From: a virus
Length of the DNA stretch: 64,000 nucleotides
IMG/VR virus record: IMGVR_UViG_3300027973_000043
Location: 1 to 64,000 of that record
Reading direction: 5' to 3' (one strand)
Position 1 is the first letter of the stretch. Each line of letters opens with the position of its first letter. The notes under the pieces were generated by a model that was not told the DNA's origin, did no database searches, and saw only the letters and a list, made by a program, of their open reading frames with translations. A program made the translations under genes and the position numbers. Positions 11,357-20,703 of the stretch are shown here, one piece after another.

Positions 11357-11563
11357 TTTCCTGATTAAATATTGTAAATTAACAAGTTTACTATGAAAGA
11401 AGATAACGAGAGTTGGACTATACGAAATCAGCGTTTACAAAACGCACACGAATCAAAAAATGACGAGAATTATGGCTACAAAAAAGGATTTATTCCAATT
11501 ATTTCATGGAGTATAATTAAAAAGATCATTTCTTGTTTTAAGAAAAACAAATAATTAATCAAT

Positions 11564-11773
11564 ATGATTTATGAACCAAGATATCCAATTCCCGTGGTAA
11601 CACCTATAGGCGACGGATTTCTCTTGTATATTAAAGAAAATGGTATGCATGAAAACGATGTTTGGACAGTTGCTTTAAAAGATGGTGGAAAAGTTATGCA
11701 TTTTTTAACAAATCAAGTTCAAGTTCATTGTAACAATACATACAGTATAGAAAAAGTTCAAGAAAATTATTGA
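11564..11773 (+). CDS. Hypothetical protein
   Basis: 69-aa ORF with phage-like composition. Confidence 0.6.
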   Translation: MIYEPRYPIPVVTPIGDGFLLYIKENGMHENDVWTVALKDGGKVMHFLTNQVQVHCNNTYSIEKVQENY

Positions 11774-11807
11774 CATAGTTACATTGTTATAGTATTATAA
11801 CAATCCT

Positions 11808-12272
11808 ATGATTACCTTAGCAAAAGCACTAAAAGTAAAAAACCGTCTTGTTGGAGAATTATCAAGCTTACAAGCTGTTGCTCGTCAACACAACTCTCTT
11901 CCAAATGAAAGTCGTGAACAAAAAAGTGTTCAACTTCCTAAAGTTTGGGAAGATATTCAAAACACTTCTAATCGTATTGTTGAGTTAAAGAGTAAAATTG
12001 CTATAGCAACATCACCGATTACTCCATATCTAGTTGATCTTGCAGAAACTAAAGGCACAATTTCTTTTCTTGAAAGCCTACCAATTAAAGAAGGTAAAGA
12101 AGATACACAAATTGGTTATGGTGTAAACTCTTCTCTTAAAACAGTTGTTTGGAACTCTTTTATTGATGAATCGTCTAAGAACAATCTCGTTAAAGAAAAC
12201 AAGAAGCGTCTTGATTTTCTTCAAGATAAAATTGACGAGTTTAATGCAATTACAAAAATAGATTTTGTATAA
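11808..12272 (+). CDS. DIP1984/septicolysin-like coiled-coil protein
   Basis: MITLAKALKVKNRL start and LQDKIDEFNA end; own TTGACA(11770)-N17-TATTAT promoter. Confidence 0.6.
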   Translation: MITLAKALKVKNRLVGELSSLQAVARQHNSLPNESREQKSVQLPKVWEDIQNTSNRIVELKSKIAIATSPITPYLVDLAETKGTISFLESLPIKEGKEDTQIGYGVNSSLKTVVWNSFIDESSKNNLVKENKKRLDFLQDKIDEFNAITKIDFV

Positions 12273-12273
12273 T

Positions 12274-12450
12274 TTTTCTCTCTTCCCTGAAACGGAAAAG
12301 CCATTATCAATACTTCAATGTATTGACCTAAATTCTCGATTCTGATTTTGAATTTTAAAGTTTAAATTTTTGACTTTTTAAATCTCAAAACGTAATCAGT
12401 AAAAATTAAAACGTGGTCGGCAGAATTACATAGTAAGGGAATTGAGAAAA
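12274..12450 (+). ncRNA. Candidate structured RNA with an internal 7-nt periodic array
   Basis: Closing stem TTTTCTC..TTCCCT / AGGGAA..GAGAAAA; hairpin TCAATAC/GTATTGA; GACC/GGTC flank about 12 heptamers. Confidence 0.5.
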
Positions 12451-12490
12451 CCAGGTTGAAAAACGTATTAGTGCCTTATTAAATACTTTT

Positions 12491-12706
12491 ATGAAAACAG
12501 AAATTATTGAAGTTAAAGGTACTATTACAAAAGTATTACCTAATGCTATGTATAGAGCAAAGTTATCAAACTTTGAAAAAGAAATACTTTGTTATCTTTG
12601 TGGTAAAATGAGTAAAAAATTTATTAAACCAGATTTAGGTGATAACGTTCTTATTGAAATGAGTGTAACAGACACAGAAAAAGGAAGAATTTCTCGAAAA
12701 TTTTAG
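12491..12706 (+). CDS. infA: Translation initiation factor IF-1
   Basis: IEVKGTITKVLPNAMYRAKL ... GKM ... GDNVLIEMS ... KGRI; 71 aa. Confidence 0.9.
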   Translation: MKTEIIEVKGTITKVLPNAMYRAKLSNFEKEILCYLCGKMSKKFIKPDLGDNVLIEMSVTDTEKGRISRKF

Positions 12707-12742
12707 TTGCAAAAGCAAAGAAAAAGTGTTATAATAAGTTCT

Positions 12743-13075
12743 ATGTTTAACGAAACAACAAACGAAAAAGTAAAACTATCCGAAGGCTTCAAACGTAAAT
12801 GGACTGAGGCACTTCGTAGTGGAAAATATAAAGAAGGTGCTGGACTAATGTATAATCCAGAAGACAAGTCTTATGATGCTGTAGGTGTAGCTTACAGAGT
12901 AGCTGGTATTGATGATAGAGACATTGCAAAGCGTGTTTTTCCAAGCGGAAAACACTATCGTTTTCTTCCTCTTCCACTATATCAGAATTATGACTTTATT
13001 GAAAAGATTTCAGATTTCTCTGATAAAGGTCTTTCCTTTAAATGGATTGCATCTTATATTGATCGAAACCTGTAA
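12743..13075 (+). CDS. Hypothetical phage protein
   Basis: KWTEALRSGKY ... GLSFKWIASYI pattern; start reassigned to MFNE. Confidence 0.6.
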   Translation: MFNETTNEKVKLSEGFKRKWTEALRSGKYKEGAGLMYNPEDKSYDAVGVAYRVAGIDDRDIAKRVFPSGKHYRFLPLPLYQNYDFIEKISDFSDKGLSFKWIASYIDRNL

Positions 13076-13092
13076 AATATAAAAACATTGTT

Positions 13093-13126
13093 AAAAAAAA
13101 CGCACTGAGAAATCAGTGCGTTTTTT
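13093..13126. terminator. Bidirectional intrinsic terminator
   Basis: A-run, CGCACTGA-GAAA-TCAGTGCG, T-run; lies between convergent genes. Confidence 0.85.
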
Positions 13127-13149
13127 CCCTTATATTATATAAGAAGTTC

Positions 13150-13803
13150 TTATACTGTTGGACATTCACCCTTCGCCGCAGCTATATTATTAGAGTATGT
13201 GTCGAATACGTTGTCTAAGTTTGCTGGAGTAGGTGCATCTTTACCAATGCCATCTGTGCTTGGACGCCAGTATTGATAGTGGAAAGACGCATTAAAAGTT
13301 GTTCCTTCTGTATTTTCTTGATTGTAACTAATTTCAGAAATATTCTGAATATATACGCCGTGAAGAACATATGCACGCATTATCGCACATTTTGAATCTA
13401 AAACACCAATTTTTATCAAAATGTCTTTACAAGGAAGGTTAGAAACACCACATCCAGTTTCATCATTTGCAGTTTGAAAAGAGAGTTGTTCGAGAGCATT
13501 TCTTACAATATAGTCTCCTGGTGTTCGAATAGCTATTTGCCATGGGTTCGGAGTATCATAAGAAACTTGACCAGGAAGTTTAAATTGAAATCCTTGATAA
13601 GGAACATCAATATTCTGAACTGTTCTACCTGGAACAACCATAGTAGTAATGTAATAACGACCATTGTTGTCTACAAGTTCCTCTTTTAATTTTTTTCCTG
13701 CGTTGCCAGGAGCATTAATATCTAAAAATCTCAACTGAAATGAGCGTGAGAAATCATGTTTCTGAAAAATATCATAAGCGTCTTTAATAGTACCGAGTGC
13801 CAT
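13150..13803 (-). CDS. T4 gp19-like tail tube or tube-initiator protein
   Basis: PGRTVQNIDVPYQG..FKLPG ... GVYIQNISEISY ... F.ASFHYQYW pattern. Confidence 0.7.
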   Translation of the reverse strand: MALGTIKDAYDIFQKHDFSRSFQLRFLDINAPGNAGKKLKEELVDNNGRYYITTMVVPGRTVQNIDVPYQGFQFKLPGQVSYDTPNPWQIAIRTPGDYIVRNALEQLSFQTANDETGCGVSNLPCKDILIKIGVLDSKCAIMRAYVLHGVYIQNISEISYNQENTEGTTFNASFHYQYWRPSTDGIGKDAPTPANLDNVFDTYSNNIAAAKGECPTV

Positions 13804-13901
13804 ATATAGTATTACTTATAGAGAAAATCAAATTTTTATTTTATATAAATGTAATTATGAATATATAAAATAAAAACTGAGATTTCTCTCAGTTTTTATT
13901 T

Positions 13902-14231
13902 TCAGTTTAAGAATTCATAAGTTAAATCTTCTATTTCTAAACTTTCTTTTAAAGTTGCATCTAAACTATATTTAAAAGGAACACCTCGCTTTTCTCGTAA
14001 GCATGTAGCAATATCTCCGCTAACAGCACTAATATAATTAATCATTTCTCTATAATTAATATCTTTTTCATCAACATGTTTTCCAGTTAATTCTGATGTA
14101 TTGTTAATAAATTTAAGAGCATTACAAAGAGCGAGCCAATTACAAAATTCTTGTTCACTCATATCATACTCAGACATTAATTCATAATTAACCGATGATA
14201 GTGATTCTTTGTTTTTTGTTTTCATAAACAT
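13902..14231 (-). CDS. Hypothetical protein
   Basis: ORF in operon; true start probably downstream of the track start. Confidence 0.55.
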   Translation of the reverse strand: MFMKTKNKESLSSVNYELMSEYDMSEQEFCNWLALCNALKFINNTSELTGKHVDEKDINYREMINYISAVSGDIATCLREKRGVPFKYSLDATLKESLEIEDLTYEFLN

Positions 14232-14733
14232 TTAAAATAACAGTTCCTACAAAAGGAAAATTCTTTATTTTCATTCCTACTGGAAGATAATCTATAATTA
14301 TAAACTCGAAATTTGGCTCAAGTATTTTAGCTTCTTTTAAGAAGGCAATGCTCATATTCTGTAATGCAACTGCATCAGCAGGACTCTTGGAAGAAGACTT
14401 ATATAAGTCAAATGCAGTTCTAAGATTCTTACTTAACACTTGTAAATGATCACCGTATATTGCCCAAAAAGAAAAAGGATTATTCTTCATGTTCATTTCA
14501 CAGGGTTTACAGCAGAATTCTTGTGAAATTTTCTCTTCACTGCCATGTAGGTCAAATAAACTCTGATATTGATCAGGATTTAAGATTCTATCTGATTCAC
14601 AGAATTTACAAACCACTGTACGGTTTGTTCGTGGTAGAGTTTCTTTCTCTACCAAAACTTTTTTAGGTTCTTTTTTAGAACGTGTTTTTTTCGCCTTAAA
14701 ATCAGGCAATATAATGTTATCTATGTTTTCCAT
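14188..14733 (-). CDS. Zn-ribbon-containing hypothetical protein
   Basis: CKFC ... CKPC. Confidence 0.6.
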   Translation of the reverse strand: MENIDNIILPDFKAKKTRSKKEPKKVLVEKETLPRTNRTVVCKFCESDRILNPDQYQSLFDLHGSEEKISQEFCCKPCEMNMKNNPFSFWAIYGDHLQVLSKNLRTAFDLYKSSSKSPADAVALQNMSIAFLKEAKILEPNFEFIIIDYLPVGMKIKNFPFVGTVILNVYENKKQRITIIG

Positions 14734-14735
14734 AA

Positions 14736-15173
14736 TTAATAATTTTCAAACGCTAACATACCTTCTGTTAAGCCTAAAGCTAAGAATAAGAGGTATTTGT
14801 TCTCTACATTACTACTTTTTAAAGATTCTGCAAGTAAACTTTGCGTTTGATTTAAAGATTCTTCTATTTCTTCTATTTTTTCAGGTGGTAATTCTTTAAA
14901 AGTTGTTTTTAATGAATGTAAAAATCCGTCAGAGAACTTTTTATAAAAAGCCACACCATCAAAAACATTTGTGCTTGTTTTCATTGATAATGCAACATTG
15001 CCAAAAAAACGATGTAAAGATACTTCTGGAACATCTTTACAAAAATCTCTTATATTTTTAGAGAGTTCTGTTTTTGATACGAATATTTTAGACGGTGCAT
15101 AGTCTTCTCCTTCTGGAGGACTGTACATTTCTTGTAATGGATCGTAATCGTAATCAGGTGTTAAAAAGCTCAT
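14736..15173 (-). CDS. Hypothetical protein
   Basis: Coupled ORF in operon. Confidence 0.6.
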   Translation of the reverse strand: MSFLTPDYDYDPLQEMYSPPEGEDYAPSKIFVSKTELSKNIRDFCKDVPEVSLHRFFGNVALSMKTSTNVFDGVAFYKKFSDGFLHSLKTTFKELPPEKIEEIEESLNQTQSLLAESLKSSNVENKYLLFLALGLTEGMLAFENY

Positions 15174-15580
15174 GATTCTACTTGAGAAACAGGTTCAGTA
15201 ATTGCAGCAGTCATGAAATTTGTATGAATACCATTATATTTTAAACAATTAGTGCAACGAAACTCAGTATCAGTTAAATCTAATTCGATTTCGTTTTTAT
15301 GACCGCAATGAGCGCAGTTTAAAGGAATAAGATATTTTCTATAAGGTTTTCTATTATATTCTTTAACTTCTTCTAATATTCTATTTGTTTCGCCAAATCT
15401 GTCCCATGCTAATGAACCCAAAATTTGTGCGCAAAAGAAAAACCAGAAACTTGCCCAATAATAAATTGAGAAAAAAGCACTAAGACCTAGTGCAAGACCA
15501 CCACTTATTAATGATGTTAACCCTAAAGAAACTGCTAATATTAATATTTTTTTACTGGTTTTCATTTTTTGCTGGTTCAA
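15170..15580 (-). CDS. Membrane protein with a C-terminal Zn ribbon
   Basis: Two hydrophobic segments; CAHC ... CTNC. Confidence 0.65.
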   Translation of the reverse strand: MNQQKMKTSKKILILAVSLGLTSLISGGLALGLSAFFSIYYWASFWFFFCAQILGSLAWDRFGETNRILEEVKEYNRKPYRKYLIPLNCAHCGHKNEIELDLTDTEFRCTNCLKYNGIHTNFMTAAITEPVSQVES

Positions 15581-15743
15581 TGATTCGTGTAATGCCTTGC
15601 TTCAAAAAGCAACCACATCTTCCACATCTCCACTGACACTCCATAACTAGAGAACCGTCCGATTTACGAGCAGGAGATTCTCTACCAGGAGTCATTTGAC
15701 CACAAGCTCTGCAAGGAATTGGTGTATTTTGTAATGTCATCAT
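15552..15743 (-). CDS. Small Zn-ribbon protein
   Basis: CRAC ... CGRC. Confidence 0.6.
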   Translation of the reverse strand: MMTLQNTPIPCRACGQMTPGRESPARKSDGSLVMECQWRCGRCGCFLKQGITRIIEPAKNENQ

Positions 15744-15754
15744 AGTTCAGATAC

Positions 15755-16675
15755 TTATAAGGAAATACATGAAAGTAAATCACAACTTAATGAATTTTTA
15801 TTAAAAAGTGTATTCCATTCGCCAAAACTAGTTAAAAAAGGCACAAATCCGTATTGTTTAAAAAGGTCTTTGAGTAAGTCAGAATCAAACTTTCCATTAT
15901 ATTCTTCTTCTTGCTTTTTATAAAAACTATACTCATCAGGATAAACTGTTTCGGTTCTTGACAAGTCGATTACAGAAAGATTTCTATTAATAACTTCGAC
16001 TTGTTCTTCAGAAAGATTTTCTGTATAAAAAGAATTGTTCTCTTCACAATAAATTTTTTCTGCAAGAGCTTTGGCACGAACAGGACCAAATTTTTCTAAT
16101 CCAATAATGTTGTCTGAAACGTCACCTAAAATGCTTTTATAAAGCACAAACAAGTCTTTTTTAACATTTGCAACTGTTTCAAAGTTATTATTATCTACAA
16201 TAATATCTTTGTTTGGTAAATAAACGGAAACATGATTATTTACAAGTTGTAATAAGTCACGATCACTAGAAATAATAAGAACAGATTCTTCATGGTTTAT
16301 ACTTAAATAACGAATAACATCATCAGCTTCCATATTAACAGGATAAATTGTTTTAATACCAAGAGCATCAATAAATTTTTGAATATAACTAATTTTACTA
16401 AACAAATCGTTTGTTTTTTCTGTTTCTACTCGTTGTTCTTTATAAGCAACAATATTCTTACGAAAATTTTTCTTTGTAGGATTAAGCTTTTTATCCCATG
16501 TTAAAATAATTTCATTTGGCTTAAACTTATTTGTTAAGGATTTAAGCATAGATAAGAATTGATGAATAGGAGTAACGTTAATTTCGTTTACAAATTTATC
16601 TGGGCGTTTTACAAAAAAAGCGCGAAATAATAAATTATTACCATCAATGATTAGTTTGTCGTAATGTTGTGACAT
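15755..16675 (-). CDS. 5'-3' exonuclease (T4 RNase H / Pol I N-terminal family)
   Basis: IIDGNNL, YKEQR, EADD, SSDRDLLQL and GDVSDNIIG motifs. Confidence 0.92.
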   Translation of the reverse strand: MSQHYDKLIIDGNNLLFRAFFVKRPDKFVNEINVTPIHQFLSMLKSLTNKFKPNEIILTWDKKLNPTKKNFRKNIVAYKEQRVETEKTNDLFSKISYIQKFIDALGIKTIYPVNMEADDVIRYLSINHEESVLIISSDRDLLQLVNNHVSVYLPNKDIIVDNNNFETVANVKKDLFVLYKSILGDVSDNIIGLEKFGPVRAKALAEKIYCEENNSFYTENLSEEQVEVINRNLSVIDLSRTETVYPDEYSFYKKQEEEYNGKFDSDLLKDLFKQYGFVPFLTSFGEWNTLFNKNSLSCDLLSCISL

Positions 16676-16711
16676 AAACTTATAATACACTTTATAAAAG
16701 TGCTTGTCAAC

Positions 16712-16984
16712 TTATTTTTTATAAATCTTATAAAAATCTTTCCACACAGTTTTAGGCAATGTCTCTACATATTCTATACTCTCATATACTAACAAATTTT
16801 CTAATAGTGTTCGATTCATTTCGAACTTTTCAGGATTTCCAATCTTTAATCTTATTCCTTTTATGTCGTTATCGTTCATTTCAAAAATGATTAAGCCCAT
16901 TCCATTTTTAGCAAAATCTTTACTAAAAGCATAAAAGCCATACTTTTTGATTTTCATTTGTAAATTTTCTCTTGACTGTTCCAT
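16712..16984 (-). CDS. Hypothetical protein
   Basis: ORF track. Confidence 0.5.
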   Translation of the reverse strand: MEQSRENLQMKIKKYGFYAFSKDFAKNGMGLIIFEMNDNDIKGIRLKIGNPEKFEMNRTLLENLLVYESIEYVETLPKTVWKDFYKIYKK

Positions 16985-17289
16985 ACATATAGTTTATGGT
17001 GTTTACCAACACTTTTCAATAAGTATCTCAAAATTTATGTTAAATACAATATCATCAAATAGAATCAATGTAACAGTAGCAGGCCAAGTTTTTAGTATTC
17101 CTGCTGATAAAGTTCATCAAGTATTGAATCTTCTTGCGTCTTTACAAAGCATTCAAGTTTCAGAAAACACTCCTTATATTCAATATCAAGGTAAATCACT
17201 TATCAACGGATGATAACAGCTATTTTAATTTTCGCAATTTCAATAACCATTTGGGGATTAGTGAATACCAAATGTGACAATTAATAATT

Positions 17290-18540
17290 ATGAACAGACG
17301 AACCATTCTTCAAGTAGGAGCCGCCGCAGGAATAAATCTTCCTTTTTGGCTCAAAGCCAACGAAACAAAAGCTACGAAAGCAACTAGTGTTATTCACATC
17401 TTTCTTCCTGGTGGAATGGCTCACCAAGATACATGGGACTATAAACCAAATGGTTCTTCTGAATATCGTGGACCTTTTAGTGGAATTAAAACCAAAATAA
17501 GTGATGTTTTCTTTGGTGAATTGTTAAAAGAAACCGCTAAAATTAGTGATAAATTAACAGTCATTAGAAGCATGACTCATGGAGAAGCTGCACATGAACG
17601 AGGAGTTCATAACATGCTCACAGGTTATCGTCCAAGTCCTGCTATTCAATATCCCTCATTTGGAAGCATTGTTTCACATGAATTAGGCGGAAGAAACAAT
17701 TTACCTCCTTATGTTCTTGTGCCAAATCAATTTGCACCAGAAAACGGAACTGGTTATCTTTCAACAAAGTATGGACCGTTTGCACTTGGCAGTAATCCAG
17801 AAAATTCTGATTTCCAAGTAAGAGATTTGAATGTTCCTTTAGGAATTAACGAAGGTCAATTACAGCGTCGTCGTCGTTTTTTAGATATAGTGGATAACCA
17901 TTTCAAGAATATTGAAAAAAGTGATTCTGTTCAAGCAATGGATTCTTTTTATCAAAATGCATTTAATTTAATTTCTTCTTCAGAAGCCAGAGATGCTTTT
18001 GATTTAAATAAAGAAACTACTAAAACAAAAGAAAACTATGGAAACAATTCTGCTGGAATGCGTTTCTTAATGGCGCGTCGTCTCGTAGAAGCAGGAGTTC
18101 GAATGGTAACAGTTAATTATGGTAGCTGGGATCATCACAGTAATTTGAATTCTGCAATGCTTAGTCAAGCACCAAACTTTGACCAAGCATTTTCTGCATT
18201 AATATCTGATTTAAGTGACCGTGGAATGCTAGACAGCACTCTTGTCTTGGTTACAAGTGAGTTTGGAAGAACAAAGATGAACTCTACTTCTGGAAGAGAT
18301 CACTGGCCAAAGGTTTTTAGTGTTGTTATGGCAGGAGGAGGGACAAAACAAGGATTTTCATATGGAAAATCAGATTCTTTGGCTATGGAACCGGACGAAA
18401 ACCCTGTATCTCCACAAGATTTGGCATATACTATGTATTCTCTTATGGGCATTGAACCTGAAAAACAACTAGTTACATCTGATCTTAGACCCATAGATAT
18501 TATTAACGGAGGAACACTATTACGCGATATTATAATCTAA
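17290..18540 (+). CDS. DUF1501-family protein with a Tat-like signal
   Basis: MNRRTILQ; GGMAHQDTWDYKP, ARRLVEAGVR, WDHH, SEFGRT and GRDHWP motifs. Confidence 0.9.
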   Translation: MNRRTILQVGAAAGINLPFWLKANETKATKATSVIHIFLPGGMAHQDTWDYKPNGSSEYRGPFSGIKTKISDVFFGELLKETAKISDKLTVIRSMTHGEAAHERGVHNMLTGYRPSPAIQYPSFGSIVSHELGGRNNLPPYVLVPNQFAPENGTGYLSTKYGPFALGSNPENSDFQVRDLNVPLGINEGQLQRRRRFLDIVDNHFKNIEKSDSVQAMDSFYQNAFNLISSSEARDAFDLNKETTKTKENYGNNSAGMRFLMARRLVEAGVRMVTVNYGSWDHHSNLNSAMLSQAPNFDQAFSALISDLSDRGMLDSTLVLVTSEFGRTKMNSTSGRDHWPKVFSVVMAGGGTKQGFSYGKSDSLAMEPDENPVSPQDLAYTMYSLMGIEPEKQLVTSDLRPIDIINGGTLLRDIII

Positions 18541-19520
18541 CGATCTTTTGTTTCATTCTTTCCAATATGACAATTAATGCATAGAAGTTGACATTTCTTA
18601 ACTTCCTCGTTTATTTCGTCTATAGTTCTATATGATAATTCTTTTATATTTAATTCAAATTTTTTATCATACAAATGGTCAAACGATAGTGTTGCGGTGT
18701 ATTTGGAATTCCAGCCACATTCAGAACAAACATTTCCTAATTGTTCTATAAGAATTTCTTTTATTTGCTGTCCTTTTCTTATTTTTCGTTTATTTTTAGC
18801 GTTTTGGTGCTCAATCACATGACAATTGTGACATAATAGCACACATTTATCTAATTCATTTAATATTTCATTCATTGAATATTTTAATAAGTTACTTTGA
18901 TCTAGAGTAAATTTTTTATCCCTGATATGATGAAAACAATATTTAGATAATTCATCAAAATACGTCTTACATATTTGACAACAACCACCTTTTAACTGTA
19001 CAAGTTCTTTTTTTATATTTATTGCGCGTTCTTTATAAACATGTTTTTTCGGTCTTTTACATTCTCGACAACAAAATATTTGTTTACAAGAACCTTTAAA
19101 ATAATTATCACAACTCTGACATTTTTTAGTGTAAATTTGGGTGTTGTTTTTAGTTCTTACTTCAGAGAGTCTATTATTTCTATGACATTGTTTAGAACAG
19201 AATTTCGATCTTATATGCGACGATACGAAATCCTTTTGACAAGAATCACATTTCTTTGTAAAATTTTTACGTGTTGTACTACATTTAGTGGAGCAAAATA
19301 ATTTACTTTCATGTGGTTTAGTAAAAAATTCGATTGAACAAGTAGGACATTTTTTTGGTATGTTTCTAATTTTATATTCTCCATTACATTTATTACTACA
19401 GAATTTGTTTACACGATCTTTTCTATAATATAATTTTCCCTTAATAGTACTCGATTGATATAAATCCATTTCTTTGTTACAATTTAGACAGTTTGTTTTA
19501 TAACTATGTAGTTCATCCAT
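18537..19520 (-). CDS. Free-standing HNH homing endonuclease (Zn-finger repeats plus two HNH-like domains)
   Basis: Repeated C..C ... FCS..C units; FHH ... LLCHNCH and FDH ... LLCINCH; start reassigned to MDELHSY after TAAGTA. Confidence 0.8.
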   Translation of the reverse strand: MDELHSYKTNCLNCNKEMDLYQSSTIKGKLYYRKDRVNKFCSNKCNGEYKIRNIPKKCPTCSIEFFTKPHESKLFCSTKCSTTRKNFTKKCDSCQKDFVSSHIRSKFCSKQCHRNNRLSEVRTKNNTQIYTKKCQSCDNYFKGSCKQIFCCRECKRPKKHVYKERAINIKKELVQLKGGCCQICKTYFDELSKYCFHHIRDKKFTLDQSNLLKYSMNEILNELDKCVLLCHNCHVIEHQNAKNKRKIRKGQQIKEILIEQLGNVCSECGWNSKYTATLSFDHLYDKKFELNIKELSYRTIDEINEEVKKCQLLCINCHIGKNETKDR

Positions 19521-19555
19521 ATAGTTACTTATTTGGAAGAACTGCAAAAGTAAAA

Positions 19556-19690
19556 ATATCTCCTGAAAATCTTGCAGCAACCATGTATTCTCTTATGGGA
19601 ATAAATTATGAGAAACGCTTAATGACAAGCGATTTACGTCCAGTTGATATTGTAAGAGATGGAAAAATTTTAACTGATATTATAGCTTAA
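19556..19690 (+). pseudogene. Displaced duplicate 3' end of the DUF1501 gene
   Basis: ISPENLAATMYSLMGINYEKRLMTSDLRPVDIVRDGKILTDIIA aligns with the C-terminus of 17290..18540. Confidence 0.85.
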
Positions 19691-19873
19691 AAAGCGATTG
19701 GATCAGTTACTACAATTTCTCCTGTTGATGGACGCATCATAAAATTACCAGAATGTAGATCATATAAATGTGTTTTGTTATTTTTTTTCTAAAAATTTTC
19801 TAAGTCTATAAAAAGTTTTAAAAATTTCAAGATCTCTGTTAACGTTTTGTTCATAAAAATATTTAAAATTCAT
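19687..19873 (-). pseudogene. Internally deleted, frameshifted paralog of the adjacent kinase
   Basis: MNFKYFYE leader joined to YDLHSGNFMMRPSTGEIVVTDPIAF; frame broken at an A8 run. Confidence 0.75.
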
Positions 19874-19904
19874 AAAGTTATTTATATTATACAATATAAT
19901 CCTG

Positions 19905-20651
19905 TTAAGCTACAGGATCAGTTATAACAATTTCTCCTGTTGATGGACGAATCATAAAATTTCCGCTGTGTAGATCAAAAGCACAGTATTTGTGGTTCAT
20001 TTCTAAATACTTAGAAAGTTCATATAGTGCTCTAGCAAGAGGTAGATTATCTTCTATGAAAAACTCTACTCTTCTTAATAAGCGATCATGATGGGATATT
20101 TTTTGTCTAAAATCTTTTTCAGGCGTATCTTGATTCTTTACAACGTAATATTGTTTCATAGAATTTTCGTCTTTTTTAACTTTGTTCATAAAACCATCAA
20201 CCACTGTTTCCAAAGAGCGATTTCCAATAGTGGTAGAAGATAGATAACCTCCGAAAGATAAAGCTAAATTATTTCTCCAATTTGAAAAATTTGCTTTCTT
20301 TAATTTTTCAATTGCTACTAAACCTACATTATCTCCCTTTGGAATAATATCTATTGATTTAACTTTAACAATGTGTGGGTTGTTTTGATGTCTTTCTAAA
20401 AAGCGAAGAAAAGCTAAATAACACTGATCAGTGAACAGTTTCATAACATAGTCTTTTTCTGGATGTTCAAAAACTTTTGCAAAACTACCTGATCCTATTT
20501 CTTTCCAACCATTTGCTTTTAATCGGTCGTAAACCATGTCAAAATCTTCATTATCGTTTATATCTTCAGATGACGAAGAACTAAAATTTGCTGTATTGTA
20601 TTCGTCACTTTCTTTTAAATATCTGTTAATATAAAAATCTTTGAATTTCAT
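19905..20651 (-). CDS. Protein-kinase-like fold protein
   Basis: IGSGSFAKVF Gly-loop, VMK, DLHSGN catalytic loop, TDP; start reassigned to MKFKDFY. Confidence 0.8.
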   Translation of the reverse strand: MKFKDFYINRYLKESDEYNTANFSSSSSEDINDNEDFDMVYDRLKANGWKEIGSGSFAKVFEHPEKDYVMKLFTDQCYLAFLRFLERHQNNPHIVKVKSIDIIPKGDNVGLVAIEKLKKANFSNWRNNLALSFGGYLSSTTIGNRSLETVVDGFMNKVKKDENSMKQYYVVKNQDTPEKDFRQKISHHDRLLRRVEFFIEDNLPLARALYELSKYLEMNHKYCAFDLHSGNFMIRPSTGEIVITDPVA

Positions 20652-20703
20652 AATTATATTTATTAGAACTTGACATAATAGCAGTATAAGAGTAAAGTCA
20701 CCC

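Noticed and set aside
19493-19555. 65-aa ORF 19493..19690 as an independent gene
   Set aside because: Its 5' part is antisense to the HNH start; only the DUF1501 3' remnant is meaningful.
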